A stretch of 64,000 nucleotides of DNA. It comes from Bdellovibrionales bacterium. GTDB lineage: Bacteria; Bdellovibrionota; Bdellovibrionia; Bdellovibrionales; UBA1609. The translations under genes and the position numbers were made by a program. Under the pieces are notes generated by a model. The model was given only the letters and a program-made list of their open reading frames with translations, had not been told where the DNA came from and made no database searches. Below are positions 51,537-61,355 of the stretch, one piece after another (within the stretch, counting starts at the first letter, position 1; every line of letters begins with the position of its first letter). The stretch is taken from positions 1,920,001 through 1,984,000 of the forward strand of contig CBDCMT010000001.1 in NCBI GenBank assembly GCA_965219095.1, written 5' to 3'.

Positions 51537-52274
51537 GTGAGTATGAAATTTTTGAAATTTTCTTGCTTTTTAAGTGTTTTTTGCTTTTTATCCTCTCTCC
51601 AAGCCTTAGAACTCTCTTTGCCCCTTTCCTCTGTGTCTCAAAGTGAGATTTTAACTCAAATAGCCCCACATCTGTCTCAAAATTTTTTAACAACAAGCTT
51701 AGCTTTAGGTTCAAGAGAAAAAGGACGTTTAGGTTTTTTGTACAAAACTGTAGATGTTTCTAAACTGAGTTTCGTTAAGGACAACTCCTCTCTCTATATA
51801 CTTCAGTGGTTTGCGACTAAAGGACTTTACAGAAATTTTGATGTTTTCTTTCAAAGCTCATCCCTTTTAAGAGATCCTGATATCAATACTCATAGTCTAG
51901 GCTTGAAATGGTCCTTTTGGCATTCACAAAAATTTCCCTTTGCTTTAGCTTTTTTGACTCACATTCAGTGGGCTCATATTTTAGGTTATTTGCATACAAA
52001 AACCTTAGGCTATAGTCTAGTTTTAGGATTGGAGTTAACAGGAGCGAGTTCTTTTTATTTAGGTTTAGGTTTAACAGATACATCAGTGATGTTTCAAGGA
52101 ACTTATCAGGGTCTTCAAATTACAGAAAGCTCTGAAAAGGAAGAAAAAAATAAGAATCAATGGAAGACTTTTATAGGATTTTACCAAGAGATAGGGAAAA
52201 AGTTTTTTGTTGCAACAGAGGCAAGTTACTTTAAAAACTTATCCTACGCCTTTAAAGCAGGTTTAACTTTTTAA
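51537..52274 (+). CDS. Putative outer-membrane beta-barrel protein
   Basis: Signal peptide, amphipathic strands, terminal YAFKAGLTF. Confidence 0.65.
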   Translation: MSMKFLKFSCFLSVFCFLSSLQALELSLPLSSVSQSEILTQIAPHLSQNFLTTSLALGSREKGRLGFLYKTVDVSKLSFVKDNSSLYILQWFATKGLYRNFDVFFQSSSLLRDPDINTHSLGLKWSFWHSQKFPFALAFLTHIQWAHILGYLHTKTLGYSLVLGLELTGASSFYLGLGLTDTSVMFQGTYQGLQITESSEKEEKNKNQWKTFIGFYQEIGKKFFVATEASYFKNLSYAFKAGLTF

Positions 52275-52958
52275 TTCAGGATCTTGTTGATAAAGAAAAA
52301 GCCCTGAAAGACTTCCTAAAATATCTTTTTTCAAAAGAAGGCTTATAAAGGGAATTAAAAGAAGTCCTGTAGCTAAATTTAATAAGGTTCTCCAAATTAC
52401 TAAAAGTAGGAAAAGAGAGGATTTTTTCTGTTTGTGGGTTCCTAGAGACAAAGATTGTTGTGCCTCTCCTACAGTCATTCCAAAGTAACAACGAGAAAAG
52501 AAAGCATAAATCTGAAAAAAAATAGTGAATATGAATGCAAAATGAAGGATTGAGGAGGTAGTAAAAAGAGAATGAACTGCTTGACTTCCTAAGCCTAAGG
52601 CTGTGGATAAGATTAAAGCAGAAAATATCATGGCCACAAAGGCTGTATCAAGGAGAAAACTTACAAAAGCAAAGCCTTGAAAGATGTAATCTCCTTCTAC
52701 GGTTAGGTGAGTCTGAGCCTGCGTTTCAGTAAAATTTGCATGGTTTCTAAGCTTTTTTTCCTCATCTCGTATTTTTGTAGGAGAACTAGGAAACTTGAGA
52801 TTTTCTTTTGCTTGAGGTGCATTTTTAGGAAGATAGGCTTCCAATTCTTTTTCAAGAGGCCTGATCTTTTCCAGTTCTTTTTTAAAAGCTTCCTTATCCT
52901 CTGTTTCTCCAGAAAACCCCACTCCTTCAGATAAGACTTTAAAGGTTTCAATATCCAT
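52263..52958 (-). CDS. RDD-family-like membrane protein
   Basis: SFLLD, GMTVGE, three TM helices. Confidence 0.6.
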   Translation of the reverse strand: MDIETFKVLSEGVGFSGETEDKEAFKKELEKIRPLEKELEAYLPKNAPQAKENLKFPSSPTKIRDEEKKLRNHANFTETQAQTHLTVEGDYIFQGFAFVSFLLDTAFVAMIFSALILSTALGLGSQAVHSLFTTSSILHFAFIFTIFFQIYAFFSRCYFGMTVGEAQQSLSLGTHKQKKSSLFLLLVIWRTLLNLATGLLLIPFISLLLKKDILGSLSGLFLYQQDPELKS

Positions 52959-52959
52959 A

Positions 52960-53717
52960 TTACCCCCTCTCCAAGAAATATTTTATGATGCTAATAGCTG
53001 AAATGCAAGCTGTTTCCACTTTGAGTATTTGAGAGCCTAGGGTGACAGATTTTAGGCCTTCTTGGAGAAGAGCTTTAAATTCTTTTTTTGGAAAACCCCC
53101 TTCACTTCCTATAAAAATCCACAAGCTATCGTAATCAGAAAAGCTCCTTTGAGATAGAATGTAAAGAGTTTCTCCTCCCTCATGTTCATAAAAAAGCCCT
53201 AAGCTGTTTTCTTGAGCTTTGTACCTCATCATAAGTTCTCCTAGAGTTTCAAGTGAAGAAAGGTGGAGAATTTCTCCTCTCGCACTTTGTTGACAGGAAG
53301 GGAGGATTTGTTTTTGCCACCTTGTTTGTCTTTGGAACTCAGCTTATTTTTTGATTTAAAAAAACTTCTTTCTGATAGGAAGGGATGTAAGGAATGAACA
53401 TCTAATTCTACTGATCTTTCTAAAATGGCTTCAAAAGTAGAAAGCTTAGGAAGGGAGATGGCTAAATGAATCCATGGTTTTTGAAGTGGAGGTAGGGGTC
53501 TTTTTTCAATAACTTTTGTCCTAGCTTTGTTACTTTGAATGTCTGTGATTTCTACAAGAAGCACTGTAGGTTTTCCATAAAAAAGCTCAGTCTTCTGTTT
53601 TTTTTGAAGACGACATACATGAAAAATATGGTGAAAAGTGTCTCCTTCTAAAAGAACTTTTGAATTAAGAACTTTTGAATTTTTAATGTTATGGGGTGAA
53701 ACCCAGAATCGTCTCAT
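52960..53717 (-). pseudogene. rsmE: 16S rRNA m3U1498 methyltransferase, single frameshift
   Basis: MRRF, HHIFHVCR, SVEL, IGSEGGF, LGSQILKVETA split over two frames near 53330. Confidence 0.85.
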
Positions 53718-54224
53718 TTAACAGTTAAGTTCTCTATGAGACCGTAAGGAATCTTTTATTTGTTCTGTTTGATTCATAGTTAGACGTTTTTTCAAGTAAT
53801 TGAAAATAGGCTCAGACAAACTTAAGCGGGGGTTAGGAAGAACAACTTGACATCCTAGGCGATTTCTTGAGTTAAGGAGGATGGGGCATCTTAGGTTAGC
53901 TGTAAGCTGTTTGAGTTCACTAATGAGGGTAATCACACAAAGCACTTGTGGTTTTTCTTGTATTTTCTGCAATTGCATAAGTTGCCTTTCTTTTTCAGAG
54001 ATTTTAATTTCAAGTTGATGCCCAAAGAGTTCAGGCTCCAAAAGACAAAGAGAAAAGTTAGGATCCTCAGTTGACTGAAGCCACAAAAAAAGTTCATTTT
54101 TAGGATCATCAATGAAAACAAAATGCTTTAAATGTAGCGGAAAACCCGATATTCCTTTAGGAAACAAGTAGATGTCGTCTTTTATAACTTCCACACAGCC
54201 AAAATGACTCGTTTGGACTTTCAT
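53718..54224 (-). CDS. fliW: Flagellar assembly factor FliW
   Basis: TSHFG, FPKGISGF, WLQS, TANLRCPI. Confidence 0.9.
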   Translation of the reverse strand: MKVQTSHFGCVEVIKDDIYLFPKGISGFPLHLKHFVFIDDPKNELFLWLQSTEDPNFSLCLLEPELFGHQLEIKISEKERQLMQLQKIQEKPQVLCVITLISELKQLTANLRCPILLNSRNRLGCQVVLPNPRLSLSEPIFNYLKKRLTMNQTEQIKDSLRSHRELNC

Positions 54225-54398
54225 AAACTTCTCTCCCCCCTTTCTTTAATTGAAATCTTCCTAAAGCTTGCCTTGATTGGCAAGCTTTTCTTACGCAGTG
54301 CAGAACACAACAAAAAAAGATGAGAGCAAAACATAGGCTACTTTTATGAGTTTTTAGATTTCTCAAAGTTACATAAAAATGCCGAATTAATTTCTAGA

Positions 54399-54966
54399 AA
54401 ATCTATAGACTTCATCAGGATGAGAGTAGTAGGCAGGATGCTCAGGGAAATCATACTCTCGATAATGACTTGTTTCGCCGTTTAAAAAACATGTTATCCT
54501 GAACTCTTTAGTGTATTCTGTGATATGTAATCCCGGAGCAGAAGTATGCTCGCCTCTTCTATAGATCACTTCATTTTCATCAGGATCACACCACGATGCA
54601 TTTGAAAGAGATGGCCTGTCATCTGGCTTGGTCTCTTCTTGCCCTTCTGATCCAATACGACTTATGTTGTTTTCTAGTATATTTAAATCTATAGACTTCA
54701 TCAGGATGAGGGTAGTGGTAGGCACCAGGATGCTCAGGGAAATCATACTCTCGATAATGACTTGTTTCGCCGTTTAAAAAACATGTTATCCTGAACTCTT
54801 TAGTGTATTCTGTGATATGTAATCCCGGAGCAGAAGTATGCTCGCCTCTTCTATAGATCACTTCATTTTCATCAGGATCACACCACGATGCATTTAAAAG
54901 AGATGGCCTGTCATCTGGCTTGGTCTCTTCTTGTCCTTCTGATCCAATACGACTTATGTTGTTTTC
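54399..54966. repeat. Tandem duplication of about 280 bp (54399-54674 and 54685-54966)
   Basis: Near-identical units differing by two 3-bp indels and a few substitutions. Confidence 0.95.
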
Positions 54967-55023
54967 AGCACAAGAGATCATAGCTATAAAAAGCCCTATT
55001 GATAAAAAGTGTTTTGTGTTCAT
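54619..55023 (-). CDS. Hypothetical lipoprotein
   Basis: Lipobox MISC after a hydrophobic stretch; AAAGG SD. Confidence 0.7.
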   Translation of the reverse strand: MNTKHFLSIGLFIAMISCAENNISRIGSEGQEETKPDDRPSLLNASWCDPDENEVIYRRGEHTSAPGLHITEYTKEFRITCFLNGETSHYREYDFPEHPGAYHYPHPDEVYRFKYTRKQHKSYWIRRARRDQAR

Positions 55024-55410
55024 ATAACTTAACCTTTCTTATAAAGGTATCGACAAGTTTTCAATGAAACTTAAGAAAAACAAAAGGCTGTGATAAAAAC
55101 TAGACTTTTAAAGGACTTTGTTATACCAATTACAGAAATTAATTCGACGGTAAATCAAAAAGACAGGTCACTGGTTTAAGCCATGATAGTGACCCTAAAG
55201 TACTTGCAGAAGGAGGTGGTTTTCGAGACAAATTCTAAACCCTTTAGCTGTCCTGTTTTTTAAGTCCTCAAAGGGTGTTTCCCCTTTTTTTCGATTAAGC
55301 CTGTATTTTTGTGAAGGCTTACTCGAAAAAAAGGAAAAAGCAAAAACAAAGATGTAAAATAGGATTTCAAGACTTTATTTATAAATAAACCAACAAAGGA
55401 GGAAAATAAA

Positions 55411-56233
55411 ATGTATGATCACTATATAGCCGTAGATTGGGCACAAAGTAACATGGCCATTGCAAGGATGACAGGCAAATCAAAAGATATTAAGACTATG
55501 GACACGATTTCAGATCTTGGAAATCTTCGTGCCTATTTAAAAACTCTGAAAGGTAAGAAGATATTGACTATCGAAGAGACTACAACTTCGATAGTGGTTG
55601 TATTCAGAATTAAAGGATAGTGTTGATGAGCTCATAGTCTGTGATCCTCTTCGGAACAAACTTTTAAGTGAAGGGGCTAAAACTGATAAAATTGATGCTG
55701 AAAAACTTGTTTTATTGTTACGCTCTGGCCTTTTGAAACCAGTTTTTCACTCAGGTGATGAATTCATTTACCTTCGTAAGATTGTCAGTGGGTATGAAGA
55801 TGTGGTTAAAAGAGGAGTTCGTGTTAAAAACCAAAGATCAGCTCTGTTTCGAGCTTCCCACCTTGATGCTAAGAAGCAGACTCAATTAAAACGGGCGGAA
55901 GAGATATATTTGTTCTAGAAGGCTTAGATAAAGCTATCAGTTCTTATGGGGAGGAGAAAGCACGTTATGAAGCAGAGTTTAAGAGGCTAAGTAAAAAACA
56001 CAAAGATATTAGAAATCTTAATAGCATTCCAGGAATTGGTTCTATCAAGGCTATCAAGATTGTAGCCAGGGTTGTAGTGCCTCACCGATTTAAACGTAAT
56101 TCCTGGTGGAGTGGACTGCGGACTTGTAAAGATACATAAAATGAGTGGTGGAAGGTCTTATGGAACTAAGAAGTCTAGGTTTTGCCCACAAATGAAAAGT
56201 GTTTTTAAGACAGCTGCACTCTCAGTTATATGA
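55411..56233 (+). pseudogene. IS110-family recombinase pseudogene
   Basis: YIAVDW, TIEETT, KTDKIDA, IPGIG, SGG across frameshifts; AAGGAGG SD. Confidence 0.88.
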
Positions 56234-56402
56234 GGTGAGGATAGATAGCTTAATTAGAGTGATATTTATAAAAAATTCATTTCGACGAATAGCACATCCT
56301 CTATTCCTGAAATTTACTATAATCTAAGGTTTTAAATCTTTGGAATTCATGATTTAAAACTAAAAAAGGTTCAGATAGACGCATATAGGAATATGTTTTT
56401 TT

Positions 56403-57921
56403 GGCTCCTCCCGGGAATCTGTGGGTAAAAAGTAGTAGAAATCCCCCAAAAGAGCTCATATTAATCAAAGTAAGAGTAAGACATTCTATCTTGTATTTTT
56501 GAGTTCTTTGAGGCCCTTACTGGCCTCTATCACCTCCGGTGATTGAACTCAAAAACATTCATTTTATTTGCTTTTATTTGCTGTGTTACATTAAAATTTT
56601 AAAAAAGAAGCACCTACTTCCCAGATGCCTTAAAATGTTATTCAAAAAAAAAAAAAGGAGGGAAGAGATGCTTTTGAAGACTATACTAAATGATTGTTTA
56701 AGATGGAAGTCTTTTGTGTACGAAGACATTTATTTTTCAAAAGATAGAAAGTCAATTAATGTTCCTATTAAGGCTCGTAAAAATGGCCAAGCTTTTTGTA
56801 GTGTTTGTAAGAAGCCCTGTTCAGTGTATGACAGCAGTAAATCATCACGGGACTTTGAATCCCTTCCTATTTTAAGTTACAGGGTGTTCTTTGTTTATGC
56901 TGTAAGAAGAGTCAATTGTCCTTGCTGTGGGGTAAAAGTTGAACATTTACCTTGGGCCGATGGTAAGAAGAGTTTAACGATCTTTTACATGAAGTACTTA
57001 GCAGACTGGTGTCGTCACCTGTCTTGGAAAGAGGTTTCTTGTAAGTTTCATGTCAGTTGGAATCAGGTCTATGCTTCGGTAGAATGGGTCGTAGAATATG
57101 GTTTAAAACAAAGGGTTTTAAAGGGAATACAAGCTATAGGTGTAGATGAAATACAATGGAAAAAGAACCATCAGTATCTCACCTTAGTCTATGAAATAAG
57201 CAAAACCCGTGTACGCTTGTTGTGGATAGGAGAAAAAAGAACAGAAAAGAGTTTTAGAAAATTCTTTGATTTACTAGGAGAGAAGTCAAAAGATATACGG
57301 TTTGTGTGTTCTGATATGTGGAAGCCTTATTTAAAAGTCATAAAGGAGAGGGCAAGTGGAGCTTTACACATATTAGATCGGTTTCATATCGTAGCAAGAC
57401 TCAATAAGGCTTTAGACGAAGTGAGAGCTTCAGAACACAAAAAAATGAAAGAAGACGGGTATGAACCCCTTTTAACAAAAGCTAGATGGCCCTTGTTAAA
57501 AAATGCAGAAAATTTAAAATCTTATGAAAAAGTAAAATTAAGGCATTTAATACAGTACAATTTAAAAAGTATCCGCTGTTATTTTTTAAAAGAAGACTTC
57601 CGACAGTTATGGACCTATGTTTCACCAACTTGGGCTGGTAAATTTATAGACAGTTGGACGAGACGAGTCATGCTTTCAAAAATTGAACCTATGAAAAGAA
57701 AAGCAAAAACCATACAAAGACATAAGCTACTTATTCTTAATTACTTCAAGGCTAAAAAAGCCTTCTCCTCAGGGATTGTAGAGGGTTTAAACAACAAAGT
57801 AAAACTCACTATGAGAAAATCTTACGGCTTTAGAACCTCTAAAGCTATAAAAATCGCCTTATATCATAACCTTGGAAAACTGCCAGAACCTCCGGGAACC
57901 CACAGATTCTTTTGAGGAGGC
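56403..57921 (+). mobile_element. Full-length ISL3-family element, second copy
   Basis: Near-identical to 33502-35019. Confidence 0.95.
56668..57915 (+). CDS. ISL3 transposase
   Basis: Same start MLLKT after GGAGG as 33766. Confidence 0.95.
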   Translation: MLLKTILNDCLRWKSFVYEDIYFSKDRKSINVPIKARKNGQAFCSVCKKPCSVYDSSKSSRDFESLPILSYRVFFVYAVRRVNCPCCGVKVEHLPWADGKKSLTIFYMKYLADWCRHLSWKEVSCKFHVSWNQVYASVEWVVEYGLKQRVLKGIQAIGVDEIQWKKNHQYLTLVYEISKTRVRLLWIGEKRTEKSFRKFFDLLGEKSKDIRFVCSDMWKPYLKVIKERASGALHILDRFHIVARLNKALDEVRASEHKKMKEDGYEPLLTKARWPLLKNAENLKSYEKVKLRHLIQYNLKSIRCYFLKEDFRQLWTYVSPTWAGKFIDSWTRRVMLSKIEPMKRKAKTIQRHKLLILNYFKAKKAFSSGIVEGLNNKVKLTMRKSYGFRTSKAIKIALYHNLGKLPEPPGTHRFF

Positions 57922-59116
57922 AAATTCTTTTGGGCTCATGTATTTCAAGGAAGAATGCATTCTTACCTTGTTATACCAATCCATGTAAATTGCAATTTTT
58001 TTTTCCAACTCTTCCTTTGTTGTACAGTCTTTGTATTCCAGTTCATCTTTCAACGTATGGAAAAAGCTCTCCACAAACGCATTATCATAACAATTTCCTT
58101 TCCTAGACATAGATTGCTTGAGGCCAAAGAATTTCAATTCTTTTCTAAACCCTTCACAACAATATTGAACCCCTTGATCCGAGTGGATTATCAAGCCCTC
58201 TAAGTTCCCAGAAACAGATTGGACTGCGGCTCTCAGAGCCTGTTTTGAATGAACCCCGTCCAAGCTCTCACAGAGCTTCCAAGACTTAATCTCTCGATTA
58301 TAGACATCTAAAAATACAACCAAATACAGAAATTTATCTCTAAAAGGAATATAGGTTAAATCCGAACACCATACCTGGTTTTCTTTTCCTGCTTGGCTCT
58401 GTCCTGTCTTAAACAACCGAGGAGACTTAATCATGAGAGGGTTATTCTTTGTTGTTCTAGGAACATAGGGTTTTTTCTGACGGGCACTGAGATTCTTTAG
58501 TTTCATAATTCGAGCTACTTTGTTTTCTCCAGCACTCACTCCGCAACGCTTTAATTCCCTATACACCCTGGGGGAACCATAACAGCCTTTATTTTTTTTA
58601 AAAATAGATTCTATGTTTTTCTCCAGATTTTTATCCTTTTCAAGCTTTCCCCTGGTTTTTAAAAAACTATAAAAACCAGAACGAGATCCTCTTAATAATT
58701 CGCAAATGCGAAGCACTGGATGCCCTTTCTCTTTTACATAAAACATAGCCTTAAATCTCATTTCAGGATTTCCTTTGAAAAAAAAGCCGCTGCCTCTTTC
58801 AATATACCTACACTCCGCCTCTCATAGACCAGCTCCTTTTTTAACCTCTTTATTTCCTCCAATGCCGAAGCCAAGTCATGGGAAGCTTGTCTTTCTACTT
58901 CAGGCTTTAGAAAACGCTTCCAAGAGCTTATCACTTGGAAATTTCTCAGTCCTAGCTTCTCTGAGGCTTCCTTTGCACCTATTTCCTCTGCCAATTCAAT
59001 GGCTTGCTTTTTAAACTCTTCCGAGTACTGTTTTACTTTTTCCATTCTTTCTTTTACCTCCATTTTATGGAGACTTTAAGAGAAAATTGACTGTCCGCAA
59101 AAACAGGGGAAGTTCA
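57922..59116 (-). mobile_element. IS3-family element (orfA 58758-59063, orfB from 58761), right end replaced by ISL3
   Basis: TGAACTTCCCC IRL; YSEEFK; YGSPRV, WCSDLTY, HSDQGVQY, DNAFVESFF. Confidence 0.93.
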
Positions 59117-59809
59117 AAACACATTATAACCCGAGTTTCGACTTTTTTCAGCTCTAAAGGCTAGCTGATATAAACAAACATCTCAGTTCTTTGTAAGATG
59201 TCTTGAAGAAGCAACTTACAAGGAAAAAACAACTTGAGAGTTATAAAAAAACATACAAGGAGGTCTAAGATGTTTAATTCTAATTCTAATTCTAATTCTA
59301 ATTATATCATATCAATTTATGTTCTTGTCGATGATTTTTTAACCCCTCTCATACAGCAGCACCCAGAACTGGTTCCCAAAAATAAAGGAGGTTTTTCTTG
59401 TGCTATGTCTCCCAACGAAATTGTCACTCTTTATCTTACTTTTCCAAAGTTCTGGCTTTAGGAATTTTAAAGCCTTTTATCAGTTTGCAGAAGTCTATCT
59501 TAAACCTTATTTTCCTAAAATGTTGTCTTACTCCCGATTTGTGAACATCAAAAAAGACATGGCTAAAGACATGGCTTTTTTGATGTTTCTTTTCTCGACA
59601 AGCCTTATGAGTAAAACGTAAGTCGGTTTCTTAACAGCCCTTGACATCCTCCTCGTAGGAGTCAAGGGCTGTTAAGAAATCGACTTACGAAAAAAACAAT
59701 GAAGTTTTAAAAACTATCTGTCTGAAAGGCCAGCTTTTTGATTGTAAGTATGAGCATTAAAAAATCTTTATTTTTAGCTCTCTTTTACATGTTAAAATAG
59801 AACTTAAGT

Positions 59810-60887
59810 ATGAGGTTTTTGATTCTTTTTTTTCTTATCTTTCTTCCCATCCTCTTAGAGGCTTGTGATGAAGAAAATCCCTTTTCAAAACTTAATCCCA
59901 TAGCAATTCTTTTTTGCCCTCACCCACCTTGTCATTTTTTTTAAGGCCCCTGTTGATAAAAGCATCAGAAATGCAACTGTAAGAGTAGAAACAACAGTCA
60001 TTTGTTCAGGACTTGTTATAAGACTTAAAAGAGGAGCAAAAAAATGTAAAGACCCTCTTCTTCTTACAGCAGGTCATTGTGTAGCACCTAGTAAAGATTA
60101 TAAAGTTATTACGGTTTATAATCATAACGGTGATTTTGATATTCCAAGAAAGAATATCTTTTCTCTTTAAAAAAAATGTCTTAAACCTCACAACTGTCTT
60201 GTAAGTCCTGGTTATGTTCTGGATGATGAACTTCATTATTCAGGAGTGGATCAAGCCCTGATTCCTATGCCTAAACGATACCGCAAAAAAGGCAATATCC
60301 CTGCTTTTGAGATCGATATAGAAAGGGTAGCAAACAAAGAAGACTTAGATTCCTGCTTTAAAGACCCCTATCTTCAAGCAAGAATTACTTCAGTTTTAAC
60401 AAAATCTCATTTAAAAAAGATGAAAAAAAATGAACTAAAAGCTATAAAAGATTACATACAAAGCCATACTTGCCACAATCTTAGTTGGATGAAAATACGA
60501 AGAAATGAAGGAGTGATCAAAAGGAGCCTAGGCCATAGATGTCCTGGTTTATATGGCATGTCGGGGTCTTTTATGAATTTTGAGTGTCATAACAAGAAAG
60601 CTCTTTTTGTTCATAAGGGACATCTCTTCATAGCTGCTAGTGATGAAGTTTACAACAGAGCAAAGGCAGGTGAGATCATTTACTCTTCTGAATATGAAAG
60701 AAAGGAATCTTTTAAAAACACAGCCATTTATATTGAACCTGAGCTTCTTGAATTTTATTTTAACAACTACTGTGATTCTAATGTGGCTTATCAAAAAGAA
60801 AAGACTCCTCCCGGGAACCCACAGATTCTTTTGAGGAGGCAAAAAATATTGACCTATGAATTTTCAAAGTCTTATACAGACATTTAA
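59810..60887 (+). pseudogene. Trypsin-like serine protease lipoprotein, frameshifted
   Basis: Lipobox LEAC; ICSG, LLTAGHC, DQAL, GMSGS over several frames; 38-bp ISL3 scar near the 3' end. Confidence 0.75.
60803..60840 (+). mobile_element. 38-bp collapsed ISL3 (IRL tip fused to IRR)
   Basis: GACTCCTCCCGGGAACCCACAGATTCTTTTGAGGAGGC; junction in the shared CCGGGAA. Confidence 0.85.
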
Positions 60888-61355
60888 AAAATACCAGTCA
60901 TAAGATTTTAAACGCTTTGGGAAGATGTTAGGAAATAAAATGAGAAAAAGAAGAAAAGTTTCCTCAGTAGAAGTCAAGGGCTGTTAAGAAACCGACTTAC
61001 AGTAAAACCACCGGCATATCATTTATTGATTCCACATCGATTTTTCTTCAAAAATAAAAGAATAGGACGAAATAAGGTGTTCTAAAAGTTAGCTAAAAAG
61101 AGGCAAAAGTAGTATGGACTGGTTCTTCGGATTTAAACTCCATATTGTTATCAATCACCTAGGAGAACTTTTAAGTTTTACCTTAACTCCGGGAAATGTA
61201 GATGATCGAAAGCTAAGTTATGAATTTATAGTAAAGGGCTGATGGGAAAACTCTTTGGGGACAGAGGTTATATTTCATCAGACCTTTTCAAAAAGCTTTT
61301 AAAGAAGGGAGTTAAGCTTATTACAAACGTCAAATTAAATATGAAGAATAAATTG

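Larger units (their letters stand above)
59618..61000. mobile_element. Non-autonomous IS66-end cassette carrying a protease gene
   Basis: 28-bp perfect IR GTAAGTCGGTTTCTTAACAGCCCTTGAC; 8-bp duplication AGTAAAAC at 59610-59617 and 61001-61008; internal third IR ending at 59688. Confidence 0.9.

Noticed and set aside
54399..54966. Tandem units as a DGR template/variable repeat pair
   Set aside because: Differences include indels and are not adenine-specific; no reverse transcriptase in the window
56539..56667. 43-aa N-terminal extension of the ISL3 transposase
   Set aside because: In frame only because of the poly-A length in this copy; the SD precedes the ATG at 56668
59275..59303. AATTCT hexamer repeat (NSNSNS) as a contingency locus
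   Set aside because: In-frame slippage inside an already dead IS982 transposase
12035..60840. Dispersed palindromic repeats as CRISPR repeats or integron attC sites
   Set aside because: No regular repeat-spacer array, cas gene or integron integrase; the sequences match resident IS ends
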